Below, piece by piece: positions 29,601 through 38,141 of a stretch of 64,000 nucleotides of DNA. The notes beneath the pieces were generated by a model. The model had not been told where the DNA came from. It worked only from the letters and a program-made list of their open reading frames with translations, and did not search any database. The DNA is from an uncultured bacterium (GTDB lineage Bacteria; UBP14; UBA6098; B30-G16). The position numbers and the translations under genes are program-made. The DNA is taken from contig CBEVQY010000010.1 of assembly GCA_965552135.1 (NCBI GenBank), positions 1 through 64,000 of the forward strand, given 5' to 3'. The stretch's first letter is position 1. The number at the start of each line of letters is the position of its first letter.

Positions 29601-32026
29601 CTGCGGGCGACACGGTGGGCACGGTGGCGCCTTTGGTGGAGTTTTCTGTAGTCGACAGCGTTTCGGGTGTGTGGTGGGGCGCGTGTTCGGTTTTTGTCGG
29701 CGGCGCCTGCGACACCGTCCTGCTTGTTGGGGATGCCGGCGTGAGCATCTTTGGCGAAACGCTTACAGTCGACTTCGGCGCCGCGGGGATATTCCTCGTC
29801 GGCGGAGACTCGGTTGAGGTTTGCCTTGTTGCGCTCGACTCGGTTTTGGACGAAGCCTTCGGCTGCCCGCCGCACAGGGGGGAGGATTGCGTGTGGTTCT
29901 TCATCGACGCAAGCCCTCCGTCCGTCGCGCCCGCAAGACCGGCAGCCGGCGCAATATCCTCGTGTGTTGATCAGGCTATAGCTTTCGTTGTGACCGACAG
30001 CGAAGGGGTTTGTTGGGACACCCTCGTTTTCGTCGTCGAGGGTGATACGCTTGGCATCCACAGCCCGGGCGTCGAGCACCCCACGGGAACCGACTCGGTG
30101 ATATACACCCCGCCCGCGCCCTACGGAGACGACACGGTGAGCGTGTGTGTGGTCTACGTCGTCGACACGCTTGGCAACAGCCTCGATGCGCCGGTGTGCT
30201 GGGAGTTCTACATCGACACCATACCGCCCTCCCTTGTAGCGACTTATCCTCCGCCGGGCGGGGTTGTCGGCGCCGGCCTGACGGCTGCAAGCGCAGTCCT
30301 TGAGGATATCATAACGGGCATCGTGGTGGTCGATTCCTTCTGCATCGACGGAGCCTGGAGTTCCTCGCCGCTTTACTGGGACGGTGAGTCTCTGGCAATC
30401 GATGTCGGTGGTGGGCTTTTGGGCGGCGTTCACAGCGTTTGCGTTGCCGCTTATGACCTGCCCGACCTTTGCCCACCAAACGGCGATATCCTTTGCTGGT
30501 CGTTCGTCGTCGACGATATGCCCCCCGCCGTTTCGGCTGAGCCGGAAAGCATCGTCGTCGCGTGCGACTCGGTGCAGTTTGCCTTCCTTGCGCTCGATGT
30601 CGACAGCGTCGTCGTCCTCGACGTTTCGTCCGACGGCGACCTTGTGTACAGCGTCGCTGCCCCCGACGACACGACGGCTTTGGTTGAGGGGTTCGTCCTC
30701 GCACCGCCCGCGGACGGCGCGGTCTCCGTATGGATCACCGTCTCCGACACCGTGGGCAACGTCTCGGGCGATACGGTGGTGGTCTTCTTCGACAGAACGC
30801 CCCCCGCGGTGGGCTTCCTTTCCCCGCTCGACGGCGAAACGCTCAGCACGACGCAGCCTTTGGTGGTTTTCTCCGCTTCCGATTTTAGCGGCGTTTCGCC
30901 CGGAAGCGCTTTTGTGGCGGTGGGCGGCGATACCGCCTGGTATCATCGCGGCGAGGTCGCATGGGACGGCGCGCAGTTCACCTGTGATCTGGGGGACGTT
31001 GGGGTTAGCCTGCCCGAGCGCGGATGGAGCGCTATCGTCGCAGGCGGCGTTGCCGACTCTGTGCCGGACACCCTGTGCGGACCGAACGTCGCACCGCCGG
31101 AGTCCGTGGTTGTTTTCGTTGCCGACGACGACACAACCCCGCCCGCGATCAGCGGACCGACGTACGACTACGCCTGGTGCGGCGGTGAGTTCGCCCCGAC
31201 CTGGGCTATATTCGATCCCTCTGGAGTCGACTCCGCCTGGATGGTCGTCTGCTATTCCGCTGCGCTCGGCGAGTGCGATACCATCCGGCTTTTGGGCGGT
31301 GACAGCCTTTGGTCGCCGTTGGTGCCCGTGGTGCTTACGCAGGATACGGTTTGGGTTCGGGCGTGCGCATCCGATGCGGACAGCGACCCCGGCTTCGGCG
31401 ACGATGGAGCCTTCGGCTGCACCGACTTTGTGCCCGTGGTGTGCACAAAGCCGTTCGTCGCGGTCTTTCCCGAAACGCTCCTCTACGGCGCCGTGTGTGT
31501 AGACAGCGTCGGCGTCGATTCGTTCGCGGTGACGAACCCAACGGGCGTCTACGTCGACGTTGAGGTTTGGTGTCCGTGCGGATCAGTTTTCGTGCCCTGC
31601 GAGCAGGTCTTTTCCCTCGCGCCGCTCGATACCGAGTGGGTGGCGGTCGACTTCCGCCCCGCGGCTGAGGTCGCCTATGGATGCTCGCTTTTGGTCCTCG
31701 CGGGCGAGTCGGTTTGGGTTGTTGTTGCGCTGGGTGAAGGGAGGCTTTGTCCGCTTGGTTTTTCGGCGCAGCCCCTGGTCATATCGCCCAACGGCGACGG
31801 TGCGTACGACAGGGTCGAGTTTACGTTCCCCCTCGGTGGGGACAACAGGGTGGACATCTTCCGCAAGTGCGAGTATCTTGTTCGGCGGATAAGGTCGTCG
31901 GGTGTTCGCGCCCATTGGGATGGGCTGGACGAGCGCGGTCGAGCCTGCCCGCCGGGACCCTATTGCTTCGTCGCTTACTCGGGCGGAAAGCTCGTCGGCA
32001 AAGGGATCATAATTTTGGTGAGGTGA
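26675..32026 (+). CDS. large (1783 aa) Cys-rich Ig-like repeat surface protein with T9SS type B C-terminal domain
   Basis: GTG overlaps the thiE stop (GTGA). Signal ending LLFA|Q, 7 A/B repeat pairs, C-terminus ISPNGDGAYD...WDGLD...GKGIIILVR. Confidence 0.85.
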   Translation: MSAFCAKAFCIGFVLLGLLFAQPDTTAPHVRFALPGDGGYLSCPDGDIVMVITDQSPLDLVSLWLTAAMPGTIFTVPGSTASAIDSVYYYHFSSLADGDSVWLSYAPICDMLHNCRYYVFHFWVDLSPPVLELVSPPEGVLPSCGLLFVARVFDSLSGVSADSSVVSVRVRGFDDWSFSAAFSSPSVSFADETLSVDVGLLGAIAGGDTIDVCVDARDAAQGCGANEASECFRFLLPYTPPGITFIYPPDGVISACPDSVVFLVSDVDSVVDVCLVVGEDTICLGDPRFSRSGDTFFVNTAGLFVDAAYQPLCVYCADVYRTSAAGTLWVWADLSPPYVVDVEPPWGALLVDTVETISVWLDDAISGVDWSSITLTVDGVATPFGRDSVAGRIWFEYVFHGVGEALDSADVTICIQARDKPDMCFNPLDTCFTVRHYVDTRKPDVTPPEGIVTACEDQWVVVSVFSVSGLDSPTVTLQINDDLFDLASPQLYMTSFPSSPSGVVDSLFFVPSPGYWRDGDTILCQFNANTIFGPHLNRLWLFYTDFSPPYFEALFPVDGELCMHRVDSVVFRLGDAVAGLWEPSFVCSLGVGGDFVNVPLAALVERGDTFTLRLADVGVQLRGCDSVLVCLGISDRVAEQYCGPNRLDTCWSFSLDCSAPSAELILPEEGSFVSCEAQPVAFAISEDVNLDSSTIAVVLSEGDTFLWGSASLVFTAPGTLVFLPPAPWTSGEVVSGELLPVCDSVGNCSSVVPFYFTVDLEPPRIEPVLPPPGAVVSDSMAVVKVLVRDELSGVSDVGVAADFGGAFTGEVADTFIFDPALAGAPLGPEDSVFVMVWASDSATLCGANSDTVAYWFVVDAVGPRLVGVDAPPYGFTSCPDRRISFRYEDFLGIDTFFVAVFSSHSGETLFSSDPQVHADDTLVVFVPASPYADGETVSVCVVSAPDLAGNPSVAESVCASFVVDLTPPVVTPVFPAAGDTVGTVAPLVEFSVVDSVSGVWWGACSVFVGGACDTVLLVGDAGVSIFGETLTVDFGAAGIFLVGGDSVEVCLVALDSVLDEAFGCPPHRGEDCVWFFIDASPPSVAPARPAAGAISSCVDQAIAFVVTDSEGVCWDTLVFVVEGDTLGIHSPGVEHPTGTDSVIYTPPAPYGDDTVSVCVVYVVDTLGNSLDAPVCWEFYIDTIPPSLVATYPPPGGVVGAGLTAASAVLEDIITGIVVVDSFCIDGAWSSSPLYWDGESLAIDVGGGLLGGVHSVCVAAYDLPDLCPPNGDILCWSFVVDDMPPAVSAEPESIVVACDSVQFAFLALDVDSVVVLDVSSDGDLVYSVAAPDDTTALVEGFVLAPPADGAVSVWITVSDTVGNVSGDTVVVFFDRTPPAVGFLSPLDGETLSTTQPLVVFSASDFSGVSPGSAFVAVGGDTAWYHRGEVAWDGAQFTCDLGDVGVSLPERGWSAIVAGGVADSVPDTLCGPNVAPPESVVVFVADDDTTPPAISGPTYDYAWCGGEFAPTWAIFDPSGVDSAWMVVCYSAALGECDTIRLLGGDSLWSPLVPVVLTQDTVWVRACASDADSDPGFGDDGAFGCTDFVPVVCTKPFVAVFPETLLYGAVCVDSVGVDSFAVTNPTGVYVDVEVWCPCGSVFVPCEQVFSLAPLDTEWVAVDFRPAAEVAYGCSLLVLAGESVWVVVALGEGRLCPLGFSAQPLVISPNGDGAYDRVEFTFPLGGDNRVDIFRKCEYLVRRIRSSGVRAHWDGLDERGRACPPGPYCFVAYSGGKLVGKGIIILVR

Positions 32027-32042
32027 CATGGGGGATATCCAA

Positions 32043-34763
32043 ATGAGGGTTGGAGTTAGAGTTTGCGCTTCGTTTTTGGTTCTGCTTTGTTTTTGCTCGG
32101 CTTGGGCTGGTGAGTATGTGTGGAGCGCGACGAACACCGCGATGGCGGACGGCGGCTTTGCGCTTACTCTGGATGCATCGAGCGTGTTCTACAATCCCGC
32201 CGCTGTGGGGGTTTTCGACAGAGCTGTCTTCAGCGCTGGCTACGGTTTGCCGTACGTTGGGTTCGACAACAGCGCCTACCGCGGATACTTAGCTTACCTG
32301 CGCCCCATAAACTGCTGCTACAGCCTCGGCGTTCGCGGGAGCATAGAGAAGGTGAGTGCGTACAGGTTTCTCAGGGTCGGCGGCGGCGTTTCGCTGCGCT
32401 TCTTCGCCGCAGGAACGCTTATTGTTGCGCTTTCGGGGGATTGGCTCCAGCGGTCGTACGATCTTCCGCCCGATGAGCCTCTCGCAAGCCGCGGCCCGGC
32501 AAACGCAATATCGCCAAGCTTCGGGCTCCTCTGGCAGACGGGCAAAAGGCTTCGCCTTGCCGTCTCTGCGCTCGACTTCATCGAGCCGAACCTGGCGCTC
32601 GAAGCCGGCGCCGAAGGGAGGATTCCCGCCAGGGTCGTCGTGGCTGCCGCCTATGAGGTCTCGCCATACTTCTCCCCAGAGGCGGCGGTGCTGTATAGAT
32701 CGTTTGCTTGCGGCGAGAAAGGGAACTTCGACTTTCGTTTGGGCTTTTGCGGTGGTCTTGCGGGGGGCGGCGTCAGGTGGCGCGCGGGATTCAACCCGGA
32801 CGAAGTCTCCCTTGGCGTCGGTCTTCACACGGACGTTATCTTCGGCGGGCTCGGGATAGACTACGCCTTCGTTTTGCCCACCGCTTCGTCGCTGCGCGAC
32901 GCGGGAGCGACATCGCACTACTTCGGGCTGACGCTTGAAGGGCGCAAGCTCCGCAAGCGCCGCGGGAACATAAGGCTTCAGGACTTTTACGGCGACGCGC
33001 ATCCGAAGGCGGGCAGAGTCTCCGTTGTGCGCGCTGTGGTCGCGAACACAGGTGCGATCACAGTTGGACCGTTTTCGTGTACCCTCGCGCAAAACGACGG
33101 CTCGCGCTGGAGGATGGTCTACCCGGCTGCTTACGTCGACTCCCTCGCCCCCGGCGACACCGCAGTCGTCCTCTGGCGCTGGCGCCCCAGGAAGGCGGGG
33201 CAATACCTCCTGCGCATCGCCGCGGACGACGACGGAACGAAGCTGCCGGATGTGTCGGGCTCCGTCGACGAAGCGGACGAGGACGACAACTCCGCGCTCT
33301 TTGCTGTCGATGTTGCCCCAGCCGATACCATCGTCGTTGAGCCGAAGTTCGACCAGGTCTTCGCTACACAGGTTCTCGTGAAGGTGGAGGAGGAGCCCGT
33401 GGTTCCCGTTGTGTTCTTCGATTCCCTCAGCGCCGATGTGGACTCGCTGGGCGACGCGGTGATACAAATTATCGCGCAAAGGCTTGCCTCAAACCCAGAT
33501 GCTTTGGTTGAGGTGAGGGGCTACTACAGCTCCGACGAGGCGTCCGGCGCTTCGGCTTCGTTGGATTCTCTGGCTTTTGCGCGTGCACGCGCCGTCGTGC
33601 GGAGGATGATGCTTGTGGCGCCGCAGATCAAGGGACGCGTCCTGGTGGGCTCCGAGCACGATCCCTCCAAGCCAAGGGTCATAAGCAAGTACAGCTCCGA
33701 TGACCGCCGCGTTGCCGAGGAGAACAGGCGTGTTGAGTTTTTCGTATCGGTTCGTGGCAAGAGCGAGTGGGACGCCCCAAGCGACGACGCGCTGCAGGTC
33801 CTTGAGCGCAACGAGGAGTTCTTGCTCGTTGTGGTTGGTCACAGGCTTGCCGGGGAGTCTGCACTTGATGCGCTTTCGAGGGCTTCGCGCGTTCGCGAGA
33901 GGCTATTGTCGAAAAGACCCGAGCTTGCGCGGCGCATCGTCGTCGACGATGAGGTGGCTGGCGACACTGCGGTCATCCTGCGAATAGACCCCGACGGGGT
34001 GTTGTACCGTCCGCGGGAGCGATACCCCGTCTCGGAGCAGTGGCGCAATCCCGAACCCGCCGAAAACGTGATCTTCCTGCGCAGAGAGGGTTTCGACGAC
34101 GCCGTCGGTTGGGAGCTTTCGGTCGCAACGACGGACGGAGAGGTAAGCTACGTCATCGCCTCGGGCAGGGGCGCGCCGCCGGAGTCGGTGACGTGGAACT
34201 GGGGCATCGGACCGAGCGGAATCATAGCCCCGCAGAGAGAATATCGCCTGAAACTCTCGGTCGAAACGCCATCAGGCAAAAGGGATTTCCTCTCGGCGCA
34301 GACGGTCTCGCTTGTCCCCCGAAAGCGCATCGAGGCTGTGGAGAACATGCTTTTGGTGGAGTTTGTGTTCGACGAGAGCGAGCCGCTTTCGAGGTATCTT
34401 GAGCGACGGCTGTTCAACTTCGCGTCCCTTTTTGTCGCCAGAGCCGACTCGGGCTATGTGCAGAGCGCGGAGATCCAGGGGCATACAGACGACATCGGCA
34501 GCAAGCGCAGAAACAACAAACTCTCCACGCTGCGCGCAAAGAGGGAGTTTGAGATAATGCGAAACTACATCGCCTTCTTCGCCAAAGTTCCCCTGGACGA
34601 GCTCGACGACTGGCTTGCCGCCCACAGGTGCGAGCTTTCGTTTAAGGGCTACGCCGACGAAAGACCCTACGTCCTGCGGGGAAGGCTTGTGGGCGACAAC
34701 GGCTCTCCGTATGGACGCAGCATCAACCGAAGGGTCACGCTGGAGTACAAGTATCGGCGGTGA
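32043..34763 (+). CDS. barrel + CARDB + multiple OmpA-like domain protein (paralog 3)
   Basis: AMADGGFALTLDASSVFYNPAA, TSHYFGL, EADEDDN, EEPVVPVVFFD, GHTDDIG...N.KLS..RA...NRRV. Alternative start 32028. Confidence 0.8.
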   Translation: MRVGVRVCASFLVLLCFCSAWAGEYVWSATNTAMADGGFALTLDASSVFYNPAAVGVFDRAVFSAGYGLPYVGFDNSAYRGYLAYLRPINCCYSLGVRGSIEKVSAYRFLRVGGGVSLRFFAAGTLIVALSGDWLQRSYDLPPDEPLASRGPANAISPSFGLLWQTGKRLRLAVSALDFIEPNLALEAGAEGRIPARVVVAAAYEVSPYFSPEAAVLYRSFACGEKGNFDFRLGFCGGLAGGGVRWRAGFNPDEVSLGVGLHTDVIFGGLGIDYAFVLPTASSLRDAGATSHYFGLTLEGRKLRKRRGNIRLQDFYGDAHPKAGRVSVVRAVVANTGAITVGPFSCTLAQNDGSRWRMVYPAAYVDSLAPGDTAVVLWRWRPRKAGQYLLRIAADDDGTKLPDVSGSVDEADEDDNSALFAVDVAPADTIVVEPKFDQVFATQVLVKVEEEPVVPVVFFDSLSADVDSLGDAVIQIIAQRLASNPDALVEVRGYYSSDEASGASASLDSLAFARARAVVRRMMLVAPQIKGRVLVGSEHDPSKPRVISKYSSDDRRVAEENRRVEFFVSVRGKSEWDAPSDDALQVLERNEEFLLVVVGHRLAGESALDALSRASRVRERLLSKRPELARRIVVDDEVAGDTAVILRIDPDGVLYRPRERYPVSEQWRNPEPAENVIFLRREGFDDAVGWELSVATTDGEVSYVIASGRGAPPESVTWNWGIGPSGIIAPQREYRLKLSVETPSGKRDFLSAQTVSLVPRKRIEAVENMLLVEFVFDESEPLSRYLERRLFNFASLFVARADSGYVQSAEIQGHTDDIGSKRRNNKLSTLRAKREFEIMRNYIAFFAKVPLDELDDWLAAHRCELSFKGYADERPYVLRGRLVGDNGSPYGRSINRRVTLEYKYRR

Positions 34764-34773
34764 GATATTATTA

Positions 34774-34801
34774 TTGACTTTTGCGCTTCCGTTTTTAGCA
34801 T
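34774..34801 (+). promoter_or_regulatory. sigma70-type promoter for iscU-cysK
   Basis: TTGACT-N16-TAGCAT in an AT-rich gap, with SD GGAGGT downstream. Confidence 0.5.
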
Positions 34802-34832
34802 TGATTCCAGTGGCGGTTTCGGAGGTAAGGCG

Positions 34833-35297
34833 ATGTCCGAGGGCGAGAAGAAGGCTGGAATGTACACCCCCCTTGTGATGGCTCATTTCAAGAACCCCAA
34901 GCACTGGGGGAAGATGAAGGATCCCGACGGTGTGGGCAGGGTTGGCAATCCGGTTTGTGGCGACGTTATGTGGATTTACATCAAGGTAAGGGACGACAGG
35001 ATAGTCGATATATCGTTCGAGACTTTTGGCTGCGTTGCAGCTATAGCCACAAGCTCGATGGCGACGGAGATGGTTTTGGGCAAAACGCTTCGCGAGGCGT
35101 GGGAGCTTAGCAACAAAGCCGTCGCGAAGGCTTTGGGAGGGTTGCCTCCCAACAAGCTACACTGCTCCCTGCTTGCCGAGCAGGGAATAAAGGCAGCGAT
35201 TGAAGACTACCTTAAAAAGCGGGGCAGGTCCGTGGAGGAGTTTTTGTCGGAGGGTTCGCGAGGGGAGAAAAGGAGCGCCTTAGATGAGGGTGCTTGA
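34833..35297 (+). CDS. iscU: Fe-S cluster assembly scaffold IscU/NifU
   Basis: HFKNP, GNPVCGD, FETFGC and LGGLPPNKLHCS motifs. Confidence 0.92.
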   Translation: MSEGEKKAGMYTPLVMAHFKNPKHWGKMKDPDGVGRVGNPVCGDVMWIYIKVRDDRIVDISFETFGCVAAIATSSMATEMVLGKTLREAWELSNKAVAKALGGLPPNKLHCSLLAEQGIKAAIEDYLKKRGRSVEEFLSEGSRGEKRSALDEGA

Positions 35298-36192
35298 CAC
35301 GATCGGCAACACTCCGCTGGTTGAGCTTTCGTTCTTTTCGCCTGCTGGGCGCAGGATATTCGCCAAGCTTGAGGGAGGTAATCCCGCGGGGAGCATCAAG
35401 GATAGGGTTGCCCTTTCGATGGTGAGAGCTGCCGAGGATTCCGGTCTTCTTCGTCCGGGCGGCGTTATCGTTGAGCCCACCAGCGGAAACACCGGCATAG
35501 GTCTTGCCATGGTTGCTGCCGCCAGGGGTTATAGATGCGTTATCGTGATGCCCGAGAGCATGTCGGTTGAGCGGAGGCGGCTTTTGGAGCGTTTGGGCGC
35601 CGAAGTTGTTTTAACCCCCGCGGGTCTTGGTATGAAGGGCGCCGTTGATGAGGCGAAGCGCATCGTTGAGGAGACGCCTGGGGCGTTTATGCCCGACCAG
35701 TTCTCGAACCCCGCGAACCCCGCCGTTCACAGGGCGACGACGGCGCCTGAGATCGAGGTTGCGCTCCTTGGCGAGGTGGGCAGACCGCCCGACTTCTTCG
35801 TCGCTGGCGTTGGAACCGGCGGAACGATAACCGGCGTGGCGCAGTATTTCAAGCTCGACAGGGGAGTGAACATCGTTATGGTTGCGGTTGAGCCCGAGGA
35901 GTCGGCTGTTCTTTCGGGCAGGCCGCCTGGTGTGCACGGCATCCAGGGGATAGGCGCGGGCTTTGTGCCGCCCATCTTCGACGGCGAGCTTGTGGACGCA
36001 ATAGAGACCGTTTCTACCGACGAGGCTCGCGCCACATCTGCCGAGGTGGCGAAGCGCGAGGGTATAGCCGTCGGGATATCCTCGGGCGCAAACCTCGCCG
36101 CTGCCATACGAGTTGCGGAAAGGGCGCCGGAGGGTGCCGTCGTCGTCACCGTCTTCCCCGACCGCGTCGACAGGTACCTGTCGATCATATAG
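35284..36192 (+). CDS. cysK: cysteine synthase (O-acetylserine sulfhydrylase)
   Basis: IGNTPLV, KLEGGNPAGSIKDR, EPTSGNTG, GVGTGGT and HGIQGIG motifs. Confidence 0.93.
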   Translation: MRVLDTIGNTPLVELSFFSPAGRRIFAKLEGGNPAGSIKDRVALSMVRAAEDSGLLRPGGVIVEPTSGNTGIGLAMVAAARGYRCVIVMPESMSVERRRLLERLGAEVVLTPAGLGMKGAVDEAKRIVEETPGAFMPDQFSNPANPAVHRATTAPEIEVALLGEVGRPPDFFVAGVGTGGTITGVAQYFKLDRGVNIVMVAVEPEESAVLSGRPPGVHGIQGIGAGFVPPIFDGELVDAIETVSTDEARATSAEVAKREGIAVGISSGANLAAAIRVAERAPEGAVVVTVFPDRVDRYLSII

Positions 36193-36217
36193 CGCGCAGA
36201 AGGCTTTGGAGGATAAC

Positions 36218-37873
36218 ATGCGCTTCGGGGCAATTTGGGGAGCTTTTTCGATCGCTTTTTGTGTGTGCTTTGCATATGAGGGGTATACCGTAAGGATTCC
36301 TTATCCTGGCGGTTACGTTACGGCAGGGGTTTATGCGCCCGATGTTCCGCGCTATTTCGACGGCGCGCCCATCGTGCTTGATCTCCCCGGCGGTCAAAGC
36401 TTTGGGACGACCCAGCCCGACACAGGCTTCGTCAACCGCGGCGTGATCTACGCCACGCTCATCCTGCCGGGCAGGGCAGAGGGACCCGACACCACCACGG
36501 GCACCTGGGACGCCAGAGGGCTTGCCAGCTACGACGCCATCGCAGCCGTCATGGCGTACCTGGGCGGCGATATCACCGACATCGCTGGCGGGAGGATGGA
36601 GGATTCGCTTTCGTGCCCTGTGAACCACGACGTTGTGGGCATGCTCGGCAGCTCCAACGGCGGCAACCTCGCCGTGGGGACGTTGGCGCTGCGCGGAAAT
36701 AGGTTCTCGAAGTGCTGCTATCTCGTGACCTACGAAAGCCCAACGAACGACCAGATAGTTTTCTTCGACCTTGGCGGCAAGCGCAGGGACGAAGACCACC
36801 TCTGCGACGGAGCAGACCTCTGGGACTTCACCGACGACGACGCCAAAAACGCCTCGGTCCTCGGGTACGATCCCGTGGAGATCCCGATAGACTACAGTGA
36901 TCTTGCTTGGGATACGACGTGGGTCGATACGTTTTCAATCTCGGGCGGTGGGCAGATGGTTTTCCGCGGGCGCGCCTTTTTGGACCACACGCACGACGGC
37001 ATAATCACGCGAAACGCTCTCGGAAAGCTCGACCTCAACAACGACTGCACATACGACACGCTCGAGGACTTCTACTTCGAGGCGCTCGCCGCCGCACCGC
37101 CCGAAACGGGCTGGAGGCTCAAGCTGTTCTACACTTTCCCCGTGACCCGTGAGCTCTGGAGGAGGAACATAATCGACACGCTCAACTGGCCCGAGTCGCT
37201 CGCAACGCCGGGGGAGGCCCGGCAGTTCTGGAGGATGAGGACGGCGGTGTTCTGGTACGACTCAATCCCGCGTCACTTCCCCGACCTCAAGGTGCTCCTC
37301 ATAGCGACGCAGAAGGACCACGCCCAGGTCTCCTCCGACTACCCCAACATCCGCCAGGCCTACGACGGCTTTTCGCGGCAGGGATTTTGGGTTAAGATAA
37401 ACCCCGACAGCCTTTGGGTGAGGGAGGTTTTGCCGGGGTATGGTGCGTCCTATCCGCAGAACCCGCCCAACTGGGCGCCCGCAGTGTGGGAGAGCCTATA
37501 CTACCACTCGGTTCCCGAGGTTGGCGATTTCCCCGACCGCTCCATCTGCATAGCCTCTGTGCTCGAGATGTGCGATCGCTGCCACGACTCCGCCTGGGGC
37601 GTTGGTGAAGGCTTGTCGCGCCCAAAGCCGCGGATGCCTCGCCTCGTCGCAAAGCCAAATCCCCTCAACGAATCCTGCGTCATAAGGCTTTGGGGCATAA
37701 CGCGCGAGGACGTGCTCGTTGTCTTTGATCTTCGCGGCGTGGTCGTCGAAAGGTTCGATGTGGGACCACAGACAACTCAGGTGACCTGGAGCACAAAAAA
37801 CACTTCAAGCGGGATCTACATCGCATCGCTTGCCGCGGGCGGAACGGGGATCAGGCTTTTTGTGGTCAAATAA
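36218..37873 (+). CDS. secreted alpha/beta-hydrolase-like protein with T9SS type A C-terminal domain
   Basis: SD GGAGG and a signal peptide, PGG oxyanion-like motif, GSSNGG nucleophile elbow, CTD KPNPLN...VFDLRG...SSGIY...VVK. Confidence 0.72.
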   Translation: MRFGAIWGAFSIAFCVCFAYEGYTVRIPYPGGYVTAGVYAPDVPRYFDGAPIVLDLPGGQSFGTTQPDTGFVNRGVIYATLILPGRAEGPDTTTGTWDARGLASYDAIAAVMAYLGGDITDIAGGRMEDSLSCPVNHDVVGMLGSSNGGNLAVGTLALRGNRFSKCCYLVTYESPTNDQIVFFDLGGKRRDEDHLCDGADLWDFTDDDAKNASVLGYDPVEIPIDYSDLAWDTTWVDTFSISGGGQMVFRGRAFLDHTHDGIITRNALGKLDLNNDCTYDTLEDFYFEALAAAPPETGWRLKLFYTFPVTRELWRRNIIDTLNWPESLATPGEARQFWRMRTAVFWYDSIPRHFPDLKVLLIATQKDHAQVSSDYPNIRQAYDGFSRQGFWVKINPDSLWVREVLPGYGASYPQNPPNWAPAVWESLYYHSVPEVGDFPDRSICIASVLEMCDRCHDSAWGVGEGLSRPKPRMPRLVAKPNPLNESCVIRLWGITREDVLVVFDLRGVVVERFDVGPQTTQVTWSTKNTSSGIYIASLAAGGTGIRLFVVK

Positions 37874-37877
37874 AAAA

Positions 37878-37948
37878 CTGGGGAGCAGGGATTCGAACCC
37901 CGACTGGCGGATCCAGAGTCCGCTGTCCTACCATTAGACGACTCCCCA
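37878..37948 (-). tRNA. tRNA-Gln(CTG)
   Basis: Reverse complement TGGGGAGTCGTCTAATGGTAGGACAGCGGACTCTGGATCCGCCAGTCGGGGTTCGAATCCCTGCTCCCCAG folds as a cloverleaf with anticodon CTG. No encoded CCA. Confidence 0.96.
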
Positions 37949-37959
37949 GCTCACTTCCA

Positions 37960-37987
37960 AAGATAGCGGTCTTCGCCCTTTCGTCAA
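37960..37987 (-). promoter_or_regulatory. sigma70-type promoter of tRNA-Gln
   Basis: Minus strand TTGACG-N16-TATCTT, 11 nt upstream of the tRNA. Confidence 0.55.
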
Positions 37988-38059
37988 GGGAAATTTTGGT
38001 CGTTTTCCCACCTTTTGTTTTGATGGGTGTTCGTGGGAGGGAGGCGCAATAAATTTCGC

Positions 38060-38087
38060 TTGACAACGATGGTGTGGGGCTTAATTT
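38060..38087 (+). promoter_or_regulatory. sigma70-type promoter of CDS 38142
   Basis: TTGACA-N16-TAATTT, with SD AGGAGG before ATG 38142. Confidence 0.5.
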
Positions 38088-38141
38088 TGTGTCAAATCTT
38101 GAAGGGCGCAGAAGCGAACAATTCCAAAAGAAGGAGGCAAG

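Noticed and set aside
5948..32026. CRISPR or DNA-level tandem repeats, or diversity-generating retroelement targets, in the giant genes
   Set aside because: Repeats are visible only at the protein level and are highly diverged. No repeat-spacer pattern, cas gene or reverse transcriptase was seen.
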